Shown here piece by piece: positions 20,376 through 30,190 of a DNA stretch of 64,000 nt. How positions within the stretch are numbered: position 1 is the stretch's first letter; each line of letters starts with the position of its first letter. The notes under the pieces were generated by a model. The model was not told where the DNA came from. It did no database searches and saw only the letters and a list, made by a program, of their open reading frames with translations. Position numbers and translations under genes: made by a program. The stretch lies in assembly GCA_036679645.1 (NCBI GenBank), contig JAZDCY010000068.1, forward strand, positions 17,715 to 81,714, in the 5' to 3' direction. The stretch is from Gemmatimonadota bacterium. GTDB taxonomy: Bacteria > Gemmatimonadota > Gemmatimonadetes > Gemmatimonadales > GWC2-71-9.

Positions 20376-20740
20376 GAATGTCCTCTTCCTCGATTGACTG
20401 CTCCGTACCATGTCACTCGGCCCATAGGTCGGTACACCATGTCTATTTACCGATCCGCACTCGTCCGTGCGCGCGGCTGCGGGCGAATATGTACCTCCCG
20501 CCGAGTAACCGTCAAACCGGGCACCGCCAGACGCCTACCACAGCCGCCGCTCGGCTCTGCCGATAAATCGGCCGCCTGCGAACACCCGCTTCAGCGGGAG
20601 AGCCGAACGCGCCCGCGAGCGTGCGAGCGGCGCGTGGCCGAGCATCGCGAGTCGCAGACGAGCGATGACTCGGCAACCGCGGGTTTACCCGCGAATCCTC
20701 CCGGCTGGCGCTCGACGGTTCTGGCCCTATCGTCTGGCAG

Positions 20741-20941
20741 ATGGAGAAAACCTCCCGCCCCATCGGACTCCGTCAACGCATCGCGGGTGTCGCGTTGCTG
20801 CTTCTCGTGCCATCCTCGCTCGCAGCACAAGTACCCATCACCTATCTGCCGGCACCGGACACCGCGACGTTTCGGTCGCACACCATGCAATGCGGACTCC
20901 GCGTGACCCTGCGTCGCATGCGAGTGAGACAGGACCCATAG
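20741..20941 (+). pseudogene. probable 5' remnant of a secreted-protein gene
   Basis: Signal-peptide-like RIAGVALLLLVPSSLAAQ followed by only about 36 residues. Confidence 0.35.
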
Positions 20942-20994
20942 CCGCCGCTGCCGACTTGTCAAGTCAAACCATTCCTGCGACCTTAGGCGCCACT

Positions 20995-21591
20995 ATGAAA
21001 ACAACTCTCAAGACCTCCGGCATCGTAATCCTAGTTTCCGCGTTCGGCCTCGGATGTGCCGCGGAATCCGATCCACCCCCCAATGTTGCTGACGAGCCCG
21101 CCGATGTGACGCCAGTTGCCGAACCGGCCGCGGCCGCGTCAGTCGCGGAACCCGAACCGGTCGCGGCACTCGAACCGGCCGAGCCATGTCCGCTGTTCGA
21201 CACCACCACACTCGACCGGCTGGCCGTGGACGCCGGCGCCCCTGCCTCGGGAAGCGTCGCGAACGAGTATACCAACGAAACCGACTACACGACGTTCAGT
21301 GGCACACACGCGGACCACTTCACGCGTTTCAGGACGTATGTGAGTCCCGGGACCTTCTTCGTCGACGTTATCGAAGGCGGCGAACGGTCGGACGGTTCCA
21401 AGTACAATGTCGTCTCTGTATCCTGCGCGTCCAACGGGCTCGAATTGACCCCGTGCCCCTCCCTCGCCGAGCTGCAGGACCACCCGCGCAGCAAAGGAAC
21501 CATGCTCACGATCGCGTCGATCTTTCCGATCACGAGCGGCGAAGCGGCAGCCTGCCGGAGCGAAATCGAAGGGTCACGGCTCTTTCAGTAG
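20995..21591 (+). CDS. hypothetical lipoprotein
   Basis: MKTTLKTSGIVILVSAFGLGC lipobox-like start, Pro/Ala/Glu-rich linker, small domain with four Cys. Confidence 0.65.
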   Translation: MKTTLKTSGIVILVSAFGLGCAAESDPPPNVADEPADVTPVAEPAAAASVAEPEPVAALEPAEPCPLFDTTTLDRLAVDAGAPASGSVANEYTNETDYTTFSGTHADHFTRFRTYVSPGTFFVDVIEGGERSDGSKYNVVSVSCASNGLELTPCPSLAELQDHPRSKGTMLTIASIFPITSGEAAACRSEIEGSRLFQ

Positions 21592-21637
21592 GACGTATCG
21601 CACCGACGCAGCACGTTGACGTTTGGGCGATGGATTC

Positions 21638-21755
21638 ATGAACCCCGTCACGCACGTTCTTGCTAGCTGGGCGATTGGCCAACGCAGGTTCAGCGGAACG
21701 TCGCGACCTTGGCATCGTGCTGGCCGCTGGCACTGTCCCTGGACGTCGACTCCCG
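21638..21755 (+). pseudogene. frameshifted 5' remnant of a YdjM-like membrane metal-dependent hydrolase
   Basis: Across three frames: MNPVTHVLASWAIG / ERRDLGIVLAAGTVP / DVDS, matching the family's TH...PD.D N-terminus. Confidence 0.55.
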
Positions 21756-21915
21756 GGACCGCTATCGGCAAGCTGAGCCTGCCACGCTTGCCTTGCTCGC
21801 GAGAGACCCCCACCCGTCAACGGCGAGACACTACAGGACGTACCGCTCGGCGATGATCGGCGGCATGAAGCCGTCGTTGCCATACGCGCGGATCTTCCTT
21901 CTACGTCACGCTCCC

Positions 21916-24552
21916 CTACCTTCCGCCCGCAACGACATCGATCGCTAGATTCGCCGCCTCCACAAGCGCATTGAACACCAACTTGAACGTGCCGTGCGTC
22001 TGCGCGCGGTGTTGTGCGCGGAACCCTATCAACACAACCGTTCCCTCACCGTGACGGACCGCGACCATCGCCGCCTTGTTGGCAATGTGATTCTCTCCTA
22101 ACAGCCATCCACTCTGCAGGATGTCGCGATCGATGAAGCTCGCGATGCGTCTGACGTCTTGGTTCCGGGGGCCCGGGTTGACCGCATAGACCTGATTGCC
22201 TCGTAGAAACATTGCCAGCGCGCTGCCTGGCATGCCGTAGCCCAGCGGGTGTGTGTTGTCGACCGTGATCTTGAGCGTCGATCCCGGTGACCAGAACTCG
22301 CGCGACGGCACGCCCGCCACGACGTTTCTCACCGGCAACTCGAACTTCTCGATAGCGAGCTGACTGGCCGACGCAAACGTCACCAATGTGCCTCCGTGCT
22401 CGACGAATGCCTCGAGCGCGTCCACTCCCTCCTGCCCGAAACCGCTGCGATACTCCGGGGGATACGCATCGCGTCCACCGCCGCCGAAGCGCCCACCACC
22501 GCCTTCCGGCGGCTCCTCTCCAGTCATGCGCGACACGTTGTCGTCCGGCAGAATGATGACGTCATACTTGTCGTGGAGGTCGTCATCCTGAATATCGTCG
22601 TCGAGCATCGACGTGTACTCGAAACCGAAATGCTCCAACAGCCACCGCGTCCATCCCTCGTCCGCGTTGCCGCCAAGGTATCGGTGATACATCCCGATGC
22701 GCGGACGCGCGACGGCGTGACTGATCGCCGCAGCGTTTACATCGAGCGCGGCAAAGTCGACGCCTGTGGCGTCACCGATCCGGGCGACTGCCTCTGGGGC
22801 TGCAGACCCGTCGATAACCCAATCGCCCGGCCGCAGGTTACCGGACGCCCGATCCACGCGCCGAACATCGGCATCTTCCGACCACAACATGTTGACTGCC
22901 AGGAAGCTGGCGTTGAGTCGCCCGTCGAGCACGTAACCGTTCGAGCCGGGCGTCACCATGCCCGCGGGATCGAGGCTGTCCGTGACGAGTGCCAGGTTCC
23001 CCGGCACCATTGAGCCAACCGGATCGACGCGCACACCCATATACTCGGCGATGTTGTCGGTGGACATGTCGTAAGGCCGAATGGGATTACCGTCCCGGTC
23101 ACGCGTGTACGTGTTATCCGGGTAGAAGGTGCGGCCAAGCAGCCACCGTATGACACCACGCTTCGGCTGCGCCATTGGGACGACGTACGATCCCGCCCCG
23201 TACACGCGCCCCTCGTGCGTGAACGCGCTCGCCGACCGGCGCACCTCGATCCCCTGCCCCAGCAGCTTGTTGACCATCGTGCCAGCGGTAAGCGGATCGT
23301 GCTGCTCGGCTGGGACGATGAACGCCACGGTCTCGCCGTTGGCTCCGCGTTCGGTCTGTCGACTGGCTTTGAGGTACGCGGTGCGAAGAACCGTTTCACG
23401 GTTGCGAGCGGCTATATCCAATGCGGCAAAAGTCGCGATCTTCTGGTTGATGACCATGTCGCGTACCGTCCACCAGCCGCCCGGCCACGGATTGGGAAAC
23501 GTGGTTTGCGCTTCGTACTCGGGTAGCTGTCGCGAGCCACGCAGCTGGTCCGGATGTATGTAGATCGGCGTCGCGAGTCGCGCGCTCGCCGACTCCGTAA
23601 GCATGCCTGCGATGTTGTGGAACGGCGTGATCCAATGAAACCCGAAGTGGCCCCACCCGGAATAGACCGCTGAATTCACCACGCCTCGGCGGCCGGCCTC
23701 CTCCGCTTTGTACGCGATGTGCGCCCCGTACCACGACATCTCGCGCCAGACGAGCGGATCGGCGTCGGGACGGATCGGTTCCGCGTAGGGAGGAACGTAG
23801 ATGCGGGCGCCGTACGCGCCCATCTGGTGATGGTCGATATAGGCCTGCGGCACCCATTCGCGAAACAGGATCTCGGCGCCGTAGTACGACTCGACGGTGT
23901 TTTGCATGAACGCATCACGATTATTGTCGTGGCCGATGTAGTGATGGTACAGCTCCGGTGGTCCGACACCTTCGTAATCCGTGCCGAGCCATCGGTCGTA
24001 CCAATCGGTCACGATGATGTTGCCGTCAGGATTGAACGCAGGGATAAGGATGGAGATCGTGTTGTCGAGGATCGTGAGCATCTCCTCGTCCGCGCGCGTC
24101 ACCATCTCGTAGGCTATCTCCGCGGCGGTTTGCGTTGACGCCACCTCGGTGGAGTGTAGCCCGTACGACTGCACGAAAACGACTTTCCCATTCGCAATGG
24201 CGTTCTCGATGACCGCTTCGGAATGACCGCGAGGATCGGTCAACACCGCGTTCATCTGCTTGAATTCATCGAGCCGTGCCATGTTGGCCGACGACGAGAC
24301 GTAGAGCGCCAGAAACGGATTGCCGAGCGTGCTCGGACCCATGTTCACGACCTGCATACGCTCGCTGCGTTCGCCCAACAGGTTGTAGTACTCGACCAAC
24401 CGGTCCCACCTAGCCAGCCTGCGGTCCGCGCCCATCTGATAGCCGAAGAACTCTTCCGGGCTTGGGATTTGTTGTGCCACTGCCGTGGTCGGAAACGCCA
24501 ATGCGGCGACCATGGTCAGCATGACAATGCGAGAAGGGCGGTGCGTTTTCAT
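21916..24552 (-). CDS. M14-family zinc carboxypeptidase, secreted
   Basis: Signal peptide; LHSTE (HxxE), NPDG, HDNNRD, DHHQMG; C-terminal glutamine-amidotransferase-like region (DEGWTRWLLE). Confidence 0.9.
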   Translation of the reverse strand: MKTHRPSRIVMLTMVAALAFPTTAVAQQIPSPEEFFGYQMGADRRLARWDRLVEYYNLLGERSERMQVVNMGPSTLGNPFLALYVSSSANMARLDEFKQMNAVLTDPRGHSEAVIENAIANGKVVFVQSYGLHSTEVASTQTAAEIAYEMVTRADEEMLTILDNTISILIPAFNPDGNIIVTDWYDRWLGTDYEGVGPPELYHHYIGHDNNRDAFMQNTVESYYGAEILFREWVPQAYIDHHQMGAYGARIYVPPYAEPIRPDADPLVWREMSWYGAHIAYKAEEAGRRGVVNSAVYSGWGHFGFHWITPFHNIAGMLTESASARLATPIYIHPDQLRGSRQLPEYEAQTTFPNPWPGGWWTVRDMVINQKIATFAALDIAARNRETVLRTAYLKASRQTERGANGETVAFIVPAEQHDPLTAGTMVNKLLGQGIEVRRSASAFTHEGRVYGAGSYVVPMAQPKRGVIRWLLGRTFYPDNTYTRDRDGNPIRPYDMSTDNIAEYMGVRVDPVGSMVPGNLALVTDSLDPAGMVTPGSNGYVLDGRLNASFLAVNMLWSEDADVRRVDRASGNLRPGDWVIDGSAAPEAVARIGDATGVDFAALDVNAAAISHAVARPRIGMYHRYLGGNADEGWTRWLLEHFGFEYTSMLDDDIQDDDLHDKYDVIILPDDNVSRMTGEEPPEGGGGRFGGGGRDAYPPEYRSGFGQEGVDALEAFVEHGGTLVTFASASQLAIEKFELPVRNVVAGVPSREFWSPGSTLKITVDNTHPLGYGMPGSALAMFLRGNQVYAVNPGPRNQDVRRIASFIDRDILQSGWLLGENHIANKAAMVAVRHGEGTVVLIGFRAQHRAQTHGTFKLVFNALVEAANLAIDVVAGGR

Positions 24553-24704
24553 GGGATGATCCTGAGCAGAACGTGCGTGACCAAAAAGACGTCAGGAGAG
24601 CGACGATATCCCGCGAGAGCCACACCTGTCAACAGGGCACAGACACCTCAATCGTGGGCAGAATACCGGCTTCACGATTGCTTCACGACCTACTCACTCT
24701 TGGG

Positions 24705-25229
24705 GAAGTGGTGGACGCTTTCATTGATAGCTATCTCGAATCACACGCGATGGCCGTCGGCGGCCTCGCCGGCCGCGTCTGCCCAATGGCCGGTGCACCG
24801 GAAGAACAGACGAGCGTGCGAGCGCGCTACGATGCCGAGATCGCCCAGGCGGCCGAGTTCATGCAGGCCGAGGATATGGCGGCAGAGGAGAGGCTGCGGC
24901 GGCGCCGGATTCGTGCGGCGGTCGTGTTCATCGAGAGCTACCGCGAGCTACCACTGCTCGCCTGGCCGCGCGAGATCCTGGACGGCGTCGTGGCAGTCGA
25001 GCAGGCCTACGTCATCTTCCGCCAGCGGCACGCGCGCATGGCCGAGCGCATCATTGGACGCCGCGTGGGCACCGGTGGCTCCACCGGCGTGGACTACCTG
25101 GACGAGGGCGCGCTCCGGTACCGCGTCTTCCACGACCTGTGGGTCGCACGCACGCTGCTGGTACGCCGTGATCGCCTGCCGGATCCTATCAGCTCGGAGT
25201 TCTACGGCTTCCAGTTCGAAACAGGGTAA
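24705..25229 (+). pseudogene. 3' half of tryptophan 2,3-dioxygenase; N-terminal half absent
   Basis: FRQRHARMAERIIGRRVGTGGSTGVDYL...FHDLW is the TDO heme-His/GTGGS region; no N-terminal HDE.LFI..HQ segment upstream. Confidence 0.75.
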
Positions 25230-25392
25230 GTCGCCCGACCCTCTGACGGTGCATTCGCGCGCTGGCCGTTGGGTGCGCCGGCGATGTTGCCGGCGCCCAC
25301 GTGTCTCGCTCCAACACATTGCAATAACACGACTTAGGCTCACACAAGCTATTCATGTGTCTAATTCATGAATAACTAACTACATTCATGAT

Positions 25393-25671
25393 ATGAAGAA
25401 GCGCGTCTCCGAGCCCGTTCCGGTTCAGGTGTATCTCGCTCCAACCGAGCGCGAACGATTGGAGCGCCTGGCCGAGCAGCTCGATACCACCAAGTCCGAG
25501 GCGCTCCGGCGGGGTATCCTGGCGCTCGAGCGCGAGCTGACCGATCCGGCCGCCCACCCTGCCCTGCGCCTCATTGGACTGGTAGGAAAGACTCGGCCTT
25601 CCGACAAAGCCTACGATGTGGCCCGCGAGCACGACCGCGCGCTCGCGGATGACGAAGAACGCAGCTGGTAA
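25393..25671 (+). CDS. ribbon-helix-helix/CopG-like antitoxin (VapB-type)
   Basis: VQVYL...ERLERLAEQL.TTKSEALRRGI; C-terminal DVAREHDRAL; directly upstream of a PIN gene. Confidence 0.8.
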   Translation: MKKRVSEPVPVQVYLAPTERERLERLAEQLDTTKSEALRRGILALERELTDPAAHPALRLIGLVGKTRPSDKAYDVAREHDRALADDEERSW

Positions 25672-25672
25672 C

Positions 25673-26092
25673 GTGAGCGCTGAGGTCTTCGTCGACACGA
25701 GCGCCTGGTATCCGATCGCTATCGCGTCGCATCCGGATCACGAACGCGTGGTGGGAGCGCTCCGCGACGCGGTTCAGTCGGGTATGCGCCTGGTGACCAC
25801 GAACCTGGTCGTCGCCGAGTGCCACGCACTCCTAATGCGGCGGGTGCATCGGAAAGCGGCGTTGACCTTTGTGCGCACCGTGCGCGAGCCGCCTAATCTC
25901 GTCGTCGTGACTACTGTGGCGTTAGAAGCTGCAGCTGTACGTGACTGGCTCGAGCGTTTTGCCGATCAGGACTACTCGTTCACCGACGCCGTGAGCTTCG
26001 CGGCAATGGCGGAGCGTGAGATGACGGACGCACTCGCGCTCGACCACCACTTTTCGGCGGCGGGGTTTCGGCTGTTGCCGGGAGGGGCGTAG
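25673..26092 (+). CDS. vapC: VapC PIN-domain toxin
   Basis: GTG start; FVDTSAW, TTNLVVAE, YSFTDAVSF, ALDHHF..AGF acidic PIN motifs. Confidence 0.9.
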   Translation: MSAEVFVDTSAWYPIAIASHPDHERVVGALRDAVQSGMRLVTTNLVVAECHALLMRRVHRKAALTFVRTVREPPNLVVVTTVALEAAAVRDWLERFADQDYSFTDAVSFAAMAEREMTDALALDHHFSAAGFRLLPGGA

Positions 26093-26102
26093 AGCGGTCG
26101 GC

Positions 26103-26378
26103 CCCACCGACAGCGACGCGTATTGCTGGGGCCCGAACGAGTTCGGCCAAGTGGGCGACGGTACCACCGTGGATCGCGCGGCGCCCACCCTGGTGACGGG
26201 CGGCCACAAGTTCATCGACATAGCTACGGGTGGCCGGCAAACGTGCGGGGTCACCGTGGACCGGGAGATGTATTGCTGGGGCTTGAACTCGGCCGGACAA
26301 CTCGGCGCGGGGTTATTGCCGACCATTGGTGATACAGATCCGCATCCGACGCCACTCAAGGTGCTGAACCCATCCTGA
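26103..26378 (+). pseudogene. C-terminal remnant of an RCC1-repeat protein
   Basis: AYCWGPNEFGQVGDG...TCGVT...MYCWGLNSAGQLG; about 1.5 repeats, no start or N-terminus. Confidence 0.75.
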
Positions 26379-26400
26379 TCCCGGGTGCAGCCGGGGGAAC

Positions 26401-26428
26401 GTTGGGGCGGCGCACGCGTCGCCCCAAC
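26401..26428. repeat. REP-like palindrome
   Basis: GTTGGGGCGGCGCACGCGTCGCCCCAAC hairpin; resembles GTAG-type REP elements. Confidence 0.55.
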
Positions 26429-26512
26429 TCAGGACGTTGACGCCCGCTCATCCCAACCCCCCACTCGCGTCCGCTTCACGAAAAAGGTCCGCTCGGGACT
26501 GGCGCGCTGCCG

Positions 26513-26866
26513 CTAACGACTGTTCTTCGATCCGGATTCCACTACCTCCCGCTCCAAACGCTCAGCCACCCACTTGTTGAGGCTCTTTCCTTCACGTGCT
26601 GCCGCTATGGTGACCTCCCGATGCAATGCCGGATCGATGCGCAGCACGAACTTGCCGGACAACGGTTTGTTCGGATCTTCCCCACGCTCAGCACAAAACG
26701 CGACATAATCGTCGACCGAGTCCTTGAGCGCCTTGCGGAGTTCCCTGACAGTGCGTCCTTGGAACGTGATGACATCCCGCGTATTCAGCACCTGCCCGTG
26801 GAGGAGACCCGCTTCTTCATCGAGCGTCACCTGTCCGATGTATCCCTTGTACATGATCGTGTTCAT
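26513..26866 (-). CDS. hicB: HicB-family antitoxin
   Basis: M.YKGY.G...DVITFQG.TV.EL...SVDDY..FC.ERG..P.KP.SGKFVLRI.P.LH...A..EGKSLN.W. Confidence 0.93.
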   Translation of the reverse strand: MNTIMYKGYIGQVTLDEEAGLLHGQVLNTRDVITFQGRTVRELRKALKDSVDDYVAFCAERGEDPNKPLSGKFVLRIDPALHREVTIAAAREGKSLNKWVAERLEREVVESGSKNSR

Positions 26867-27132
26867 GGAGCTACTCCCGCGCGCGTCAGGAATTCCCTCA
26901 TGGAGCGCACTGACCCCTTGTCCATTTCCTTGCGAGGATGCGGGCGATGAAACACCGCTCGCACACCACCCAAATACACCCGCACCCGTGACCCTCCTCC
27001 CTCGGTCACCTCGGCGTTCAGCGCCTTGAGCAGTGCCTCAACCCGCTTCCATTCGACATCCGACCGGACTGGGACCTCGCATATCGCCGCAAGCGTGCGC
27101 CTATGGCGGGCCCCGAGCGACTTCTGTGACAC
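26863..27132 (-). CDS. hicA: HicA-family toxin
   Basis: HRRTLAAI...W..VEALL..L.A...EGGGSRVR...FHRPHP.KE...VR..REFL..AGV.P; 4-nt overlap with hicB. Confidence 0.92.
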   Translation of the reverse strand: MSQKSLGARHRRTLAAICEVPVRSDVEWKRVEALLKALNAEVTEGGGSRVRVYLGGVRAVFHRPHPRKEMDKGSVRSMREFLTRAGVAP

Positions 27133-27137
27133 AAATC

Positions 27138-27166
27138 ATGATATCATATGATGATATCACTGTCAA
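27138..27166 (-). promoter_or_regulatory. hicAB promoter with twin TGATATCA operators
   Basis: TTGACA (27166-27161), 17 nt, TATCAT (27143-27138); palindromes TGATATCA at 27139-27146 and 27152-27159. Confidence 0.8.
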
Positions 27167-27269
27167 TTAGGACGGGGCAAGTTGCTGGCGGTCACAAGTT
27201 CGCCGACGCCGAGACAGGTGGCGCCCACTCGTGATGGCTTCGAGATCGCGGGCCTTCTCGCGCGCGGGG

Positions 27270-28781
27270 TCATTGCGACGACCCTGTGTCCCTCGTAGCA
27301 GAGATCCCCATCTTCTTGATCCGCGAGTTGAGCGTCGTTGGCTTGACGCCGAGTAACGCCGCAGCTCCATCGGGCCCGTACACGCGCCAATTCGTGTGCT
27401 CCAACGCCCGAAGGACGTTGTCACGTTCCTGGCGGCGCATCTCTACCTCCGGGATCACCGCGACCTCTGCATCACCGGACTCGGCGTTGCTCGCGCCGGC
27501 GTTCATGGCCCGACGCGTACCGGCGTGTGGTAGATCGAACACGAGACGCGGCCCGCGCATCGTGATGAGGGCGCGCTCGACAACATTCTGCAGTTCCCGC
27601 ACATTCCCCGGCCACTCGTACGCCTGCAGACGCCGGACGTCGTGGGTCGTGAGTGCGGGGACCGTGCGATTGAGTCTGCGGGAGACCTGCTCAATGTGGC
27701 GAGACGCGAGGAGCGGAATGTCGTCCTTGCGGTGACGCAGCGGTGCAACTTCAACAGGAAACACGTTGAGTCGGTAGTAGAGATCCTGGCGAAAACGGCC
27801 CGCCTCGACCTCCTGTTTGAGGTTGCGATTGGTGGCCGTGATGAGTCTGACGTCGACGGTCCTGGTCCTTTCCTCCCCCACCCGTTCGAACTCTCCCTCC
27901 TGAATCACGCGGAGGAGCTTGCTCTGCATCTCGAGCGGGATCTCTCCCACCTCGTCGAGAAACAATGTGCCCTGGTCAGCGAGTTGGAAGCGACCAACCC
28001 GATCCCGCACCGCGCCCGTGAAAGCGCCGCGCACGTGGCCAAAGAATTCGCTCTCGAACAGCTCCCGCGGAATCGACGCGCAGTTGACCTTAATCAACGG
28101 CTTGTCCTTCCTCGGACTCAGCGCGTGCACCGCTCGCGCCACCAGCTCCTTTCCGGTCCCCGTCTCGCCCGTGATCACCACGTTGGCCTGGGTCGGCGCG
28201 ACCGTCGCGATGGCCGCGAGCACACTCTGCATTGCCGCCGATCGGCCGACGATCTCCTCGAAGTTGTGTTGTGTCTTGATTTCTTCCTGAAGGTAGAGGT
28301 TCTCGGCGTGTAGCTGCTCCTTCAGCGCCTCTACCTCGGCCAGCGCCAGGCGGAGTTCTTCTTCGACGCGCTTGAGGTCGGTGATTTCCTGGCCGTATCC
28401 CAGGACATGCGTGACGTTGCCGTCGGCGTCGAGAACGGGACTGAACGTGCGCACGTAGTTCCGCGCCCGTCCCCGCCCCCGCTTGTCGGGCCACACCTCT
28501 TCGAAGGTGACCGTTTCTTTCTCCGCCACGCACTGCTCGATGACCGACTGCCGCCTGTCCGCGATGGCCATCGGGTACTTTCGTTCGCGACAGAAGTCGT
28601 GATGTGTCTTGCCCAACACCCACCGTCGCACCGCCGGATCGCGGATCCCCGACGGTGTGGTGAACAGGAACCGACCGGCCGGGTCGAATACGCCAATCTC
28701 CGCCGGGATATTATTGAATAGACGCCGGTACTGCTCGAGCTCGGTGAGTAGGTCCGAGGTCGGTTCGTCTCCAGGCGACAT
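27270..28781 (-). CDS. sigma-54-dependent transcriptional activator (PAS, AAA+, HTH)
   Basis: GETGTGKE, ESEFFGH, GAFTGA, FLDEVGE, DLYYRLNV, WPGNVREL; C-terminal GAAALLG..PTTL; N-terminal PAS-like domain. Confidence 0.95.
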   Translation of the reverse strand: MSPGDEPTSDLLTELEQYRRLFNNIPAEIGVFDPAGRFLFTTPSGIRDPAVRRWVLGKTHHDFCRERKYPMAIADRRQSVIEQCVAEKETVTFEEVWPDKRGRGRARNYVRTFSPVLDADGNVTHVLGYGQEITDLKRVEEELRLALAEVEALKEQLHAENLYLQEEIKTQHNFEEIVGRSAAMQSVLAAIATVAPTQANVVITGETGTGKELVARAVHALSPRKDKPLIKVNCASIPRELFESEFFGHVRGAFTGAVRDRVGRFQLADQGTLFLDEVGEIPLEMQSKLLRVIQEGEFERVGEERTRTVDVRLITATNRNLKQEVEAGRFRQDLYYRLNVFPVEVAPLRHRKDDIPLLASRHIEQVSRRLNRTVPALTTHDVRRLQAYEWPGNVRELQNVVERALITMRGPRLVFDLPHAGTRRAMNAGASNAESGDAEVAVIPEVEMRRQERDNVLRALEHTNWRVYGPDGAAALLGVKPTTLNSRIKKMGISATRDTGSSQ

Positions 28782-28824
28782 GAGTCAGATCCTCCAGTTC
28801 GCCGAATTACCTTCCACAACAATA

Positions 28825-28879
28825 GAACGATAATTCGTCATTTGTTCAATGATATTTCGTTGACAACGAAATATCGTTG
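28825..28879. promoter_or_regulatory. three quasi-palindromic enhancer-like sites (AACGA-N4-TCGT type)
   Basis: GAACGATAATTCGTCA (28825), CAATGATATTTCGTTG (28847), CAACGAAATATCGTTG (28864). Confidence 0.65.
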
Positions 28880-28934
28880 TAGAATCTCATCTTATAACAC
28901 GTTGTGATATAGCTAGTTACGTCACTCGGACGGT

Positions 28935-28949
28935 TGGTATGCCGGTTGC
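28935..28949 (+). promoter_or_regulatory. sigma-54 -24/-12 promoter
   Basis: TGGTATG-CCGG-TTGC, GG-N10-GC spacing exact; divergent from the sigma-54 activator gene. Confidence 0.8.
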
Positions 28950-29010
28950 CTTTACTGGGGCAGCCGACCTAGGAACGGCTCGCAACTGTCACCTACTCAG
29001 GAGAGGAACG

Positions 29011-30114
29011 ATGCCGAGAACAGAGACCCCTCAACTTCCGCGGACGGCGCAGTCTGGCGAGGCGCTCGTGGCGACGACAATGAAGGCCGCGGTCATCCGG
29101 GCCTTCGGAGACACCGACGTCTTGCAGTACGACGACGTGCCGACCCCACAACCTGGACCTGGGCACGTGTTGATCAAGGTGCTTGCGGCCGGGGTGAACC
29201 GTCTCGACCACTACATCCGTGCGGGATCAATCGCTCCCGAGCTGCCGTTTCCCTTCATACTGGGCGCGGACGCCGCGGGCGAGGTTGCCGCTATCGGTGA
29301 TGGCGTCACCGGCTTCCGGATTGGGGAGCGCGTGGTTCCCGCGCCGGGATGGGCGACCGACGATGCGGAGGCCGACATCCGGCCCACCGCCACCGCACCG
29401 AGTTTCGCGCTGCCCGGACTACACATCACGGGCACCTATGCTCAGTACATCGAGGTACCGGCCCGGGCCACCGTGAAGGATGACACGGGTCTCGACCACG
29501 AGCTGGTGGCGACGTTGCCCGTGGTGCTGGCCACCGCGGTCCGGGCGGTCAAGAACGTTGGCGAGGTCAAGGCTGGTGACAAAGTGCTCGTCCAAGCTGG
29601 CGCGTCGGGCTCTGGCAGCATGCTGATCCAGGTAGCCAAGGCACTGGGGGCCGACGTGGCCACCACGATCCGCAACGAAGACAAGCGTGAGTTTGCGGAG
29701 CGCGCCGGTGCCGACCTCGTGATCAACATGAAGACCGAGGACTTCGTCGAGCGCGTCAAGGAATGGACGAACGGCCGGGGCGCCGACGTCGTAATCGACA
29801 ACCTGGGCGGCGACGTCTTGCCCAAGAGCATTGACGCAGCCAAACCATTGGGTGTTGTCGTGGCGTTCGGCTTCGCAGCGGGCACGGAGATCACATTCAA
29901 CGTGCAGAGCCTGTTCTTCCCCCAGAAAACGCTGCGGGGAACCATGGCCAGCGACATCGAGGACCTCGAGTGGGGTCTCGAGCAGATCAAAGCGGGTCGG
30001 ATCACACCACTGCTCGACCGCGCGTTGCCGCTGAGCCAAGCGGCGGAGGCGCACCGCTTGATCGCGAACAACGAGATCAGCGGCAACATCGTGTTGTTGC
30101 CGTGGGTTGAGTAG
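29011..30114 (+). CDS. MDR-superfamily NAD(P)H:quinone oxidoreductase-like protein
   Basis: MKAAVI..FG, ILGADAAG, GTYAQY, AGASGSG, LPL...AEAH; AGGAGAGG RBS before ATG 29011. Confidence 0.88.
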   Translation: MPRTETPQLPRTAQSGEALVATTMKAAVIRAFGDTDVLQYDDVPTPQPGPGHVLIKVLAAGVNRLDHYIRAGSIAPELPFPFILGADAAGEVAAIGDGVTGFRIGERVVPAPGWATDDAEADIRPTATAPSFALPGLHITGTYAQYIEVPARATVKDDTGLDHELVATLPVVLATAVRAVKNVGEVKAGDKVLVQAGASGSGSMLIQVAKALGADVATTIRNEDKREFAERAGADLVINMKTEDFVERVKEWTNGRGADVVIDNLGGDVLPKSIDAAKPLGVVVAFGFAAGTEITFNVQSLFFPQKTLRGTMASDIEDLEWGLEQIKAGRITPLLDRALPLSQAAEAHRLIANNEISGNIVLLPWVE

Positions 30115-30190
30115 GAGTATCGCCGCGCCGGGTGGCAGGGCTCATCGCGCCCTGCCGCCGTCGCGCTTCGCAATAACAAGGAGAACCACA

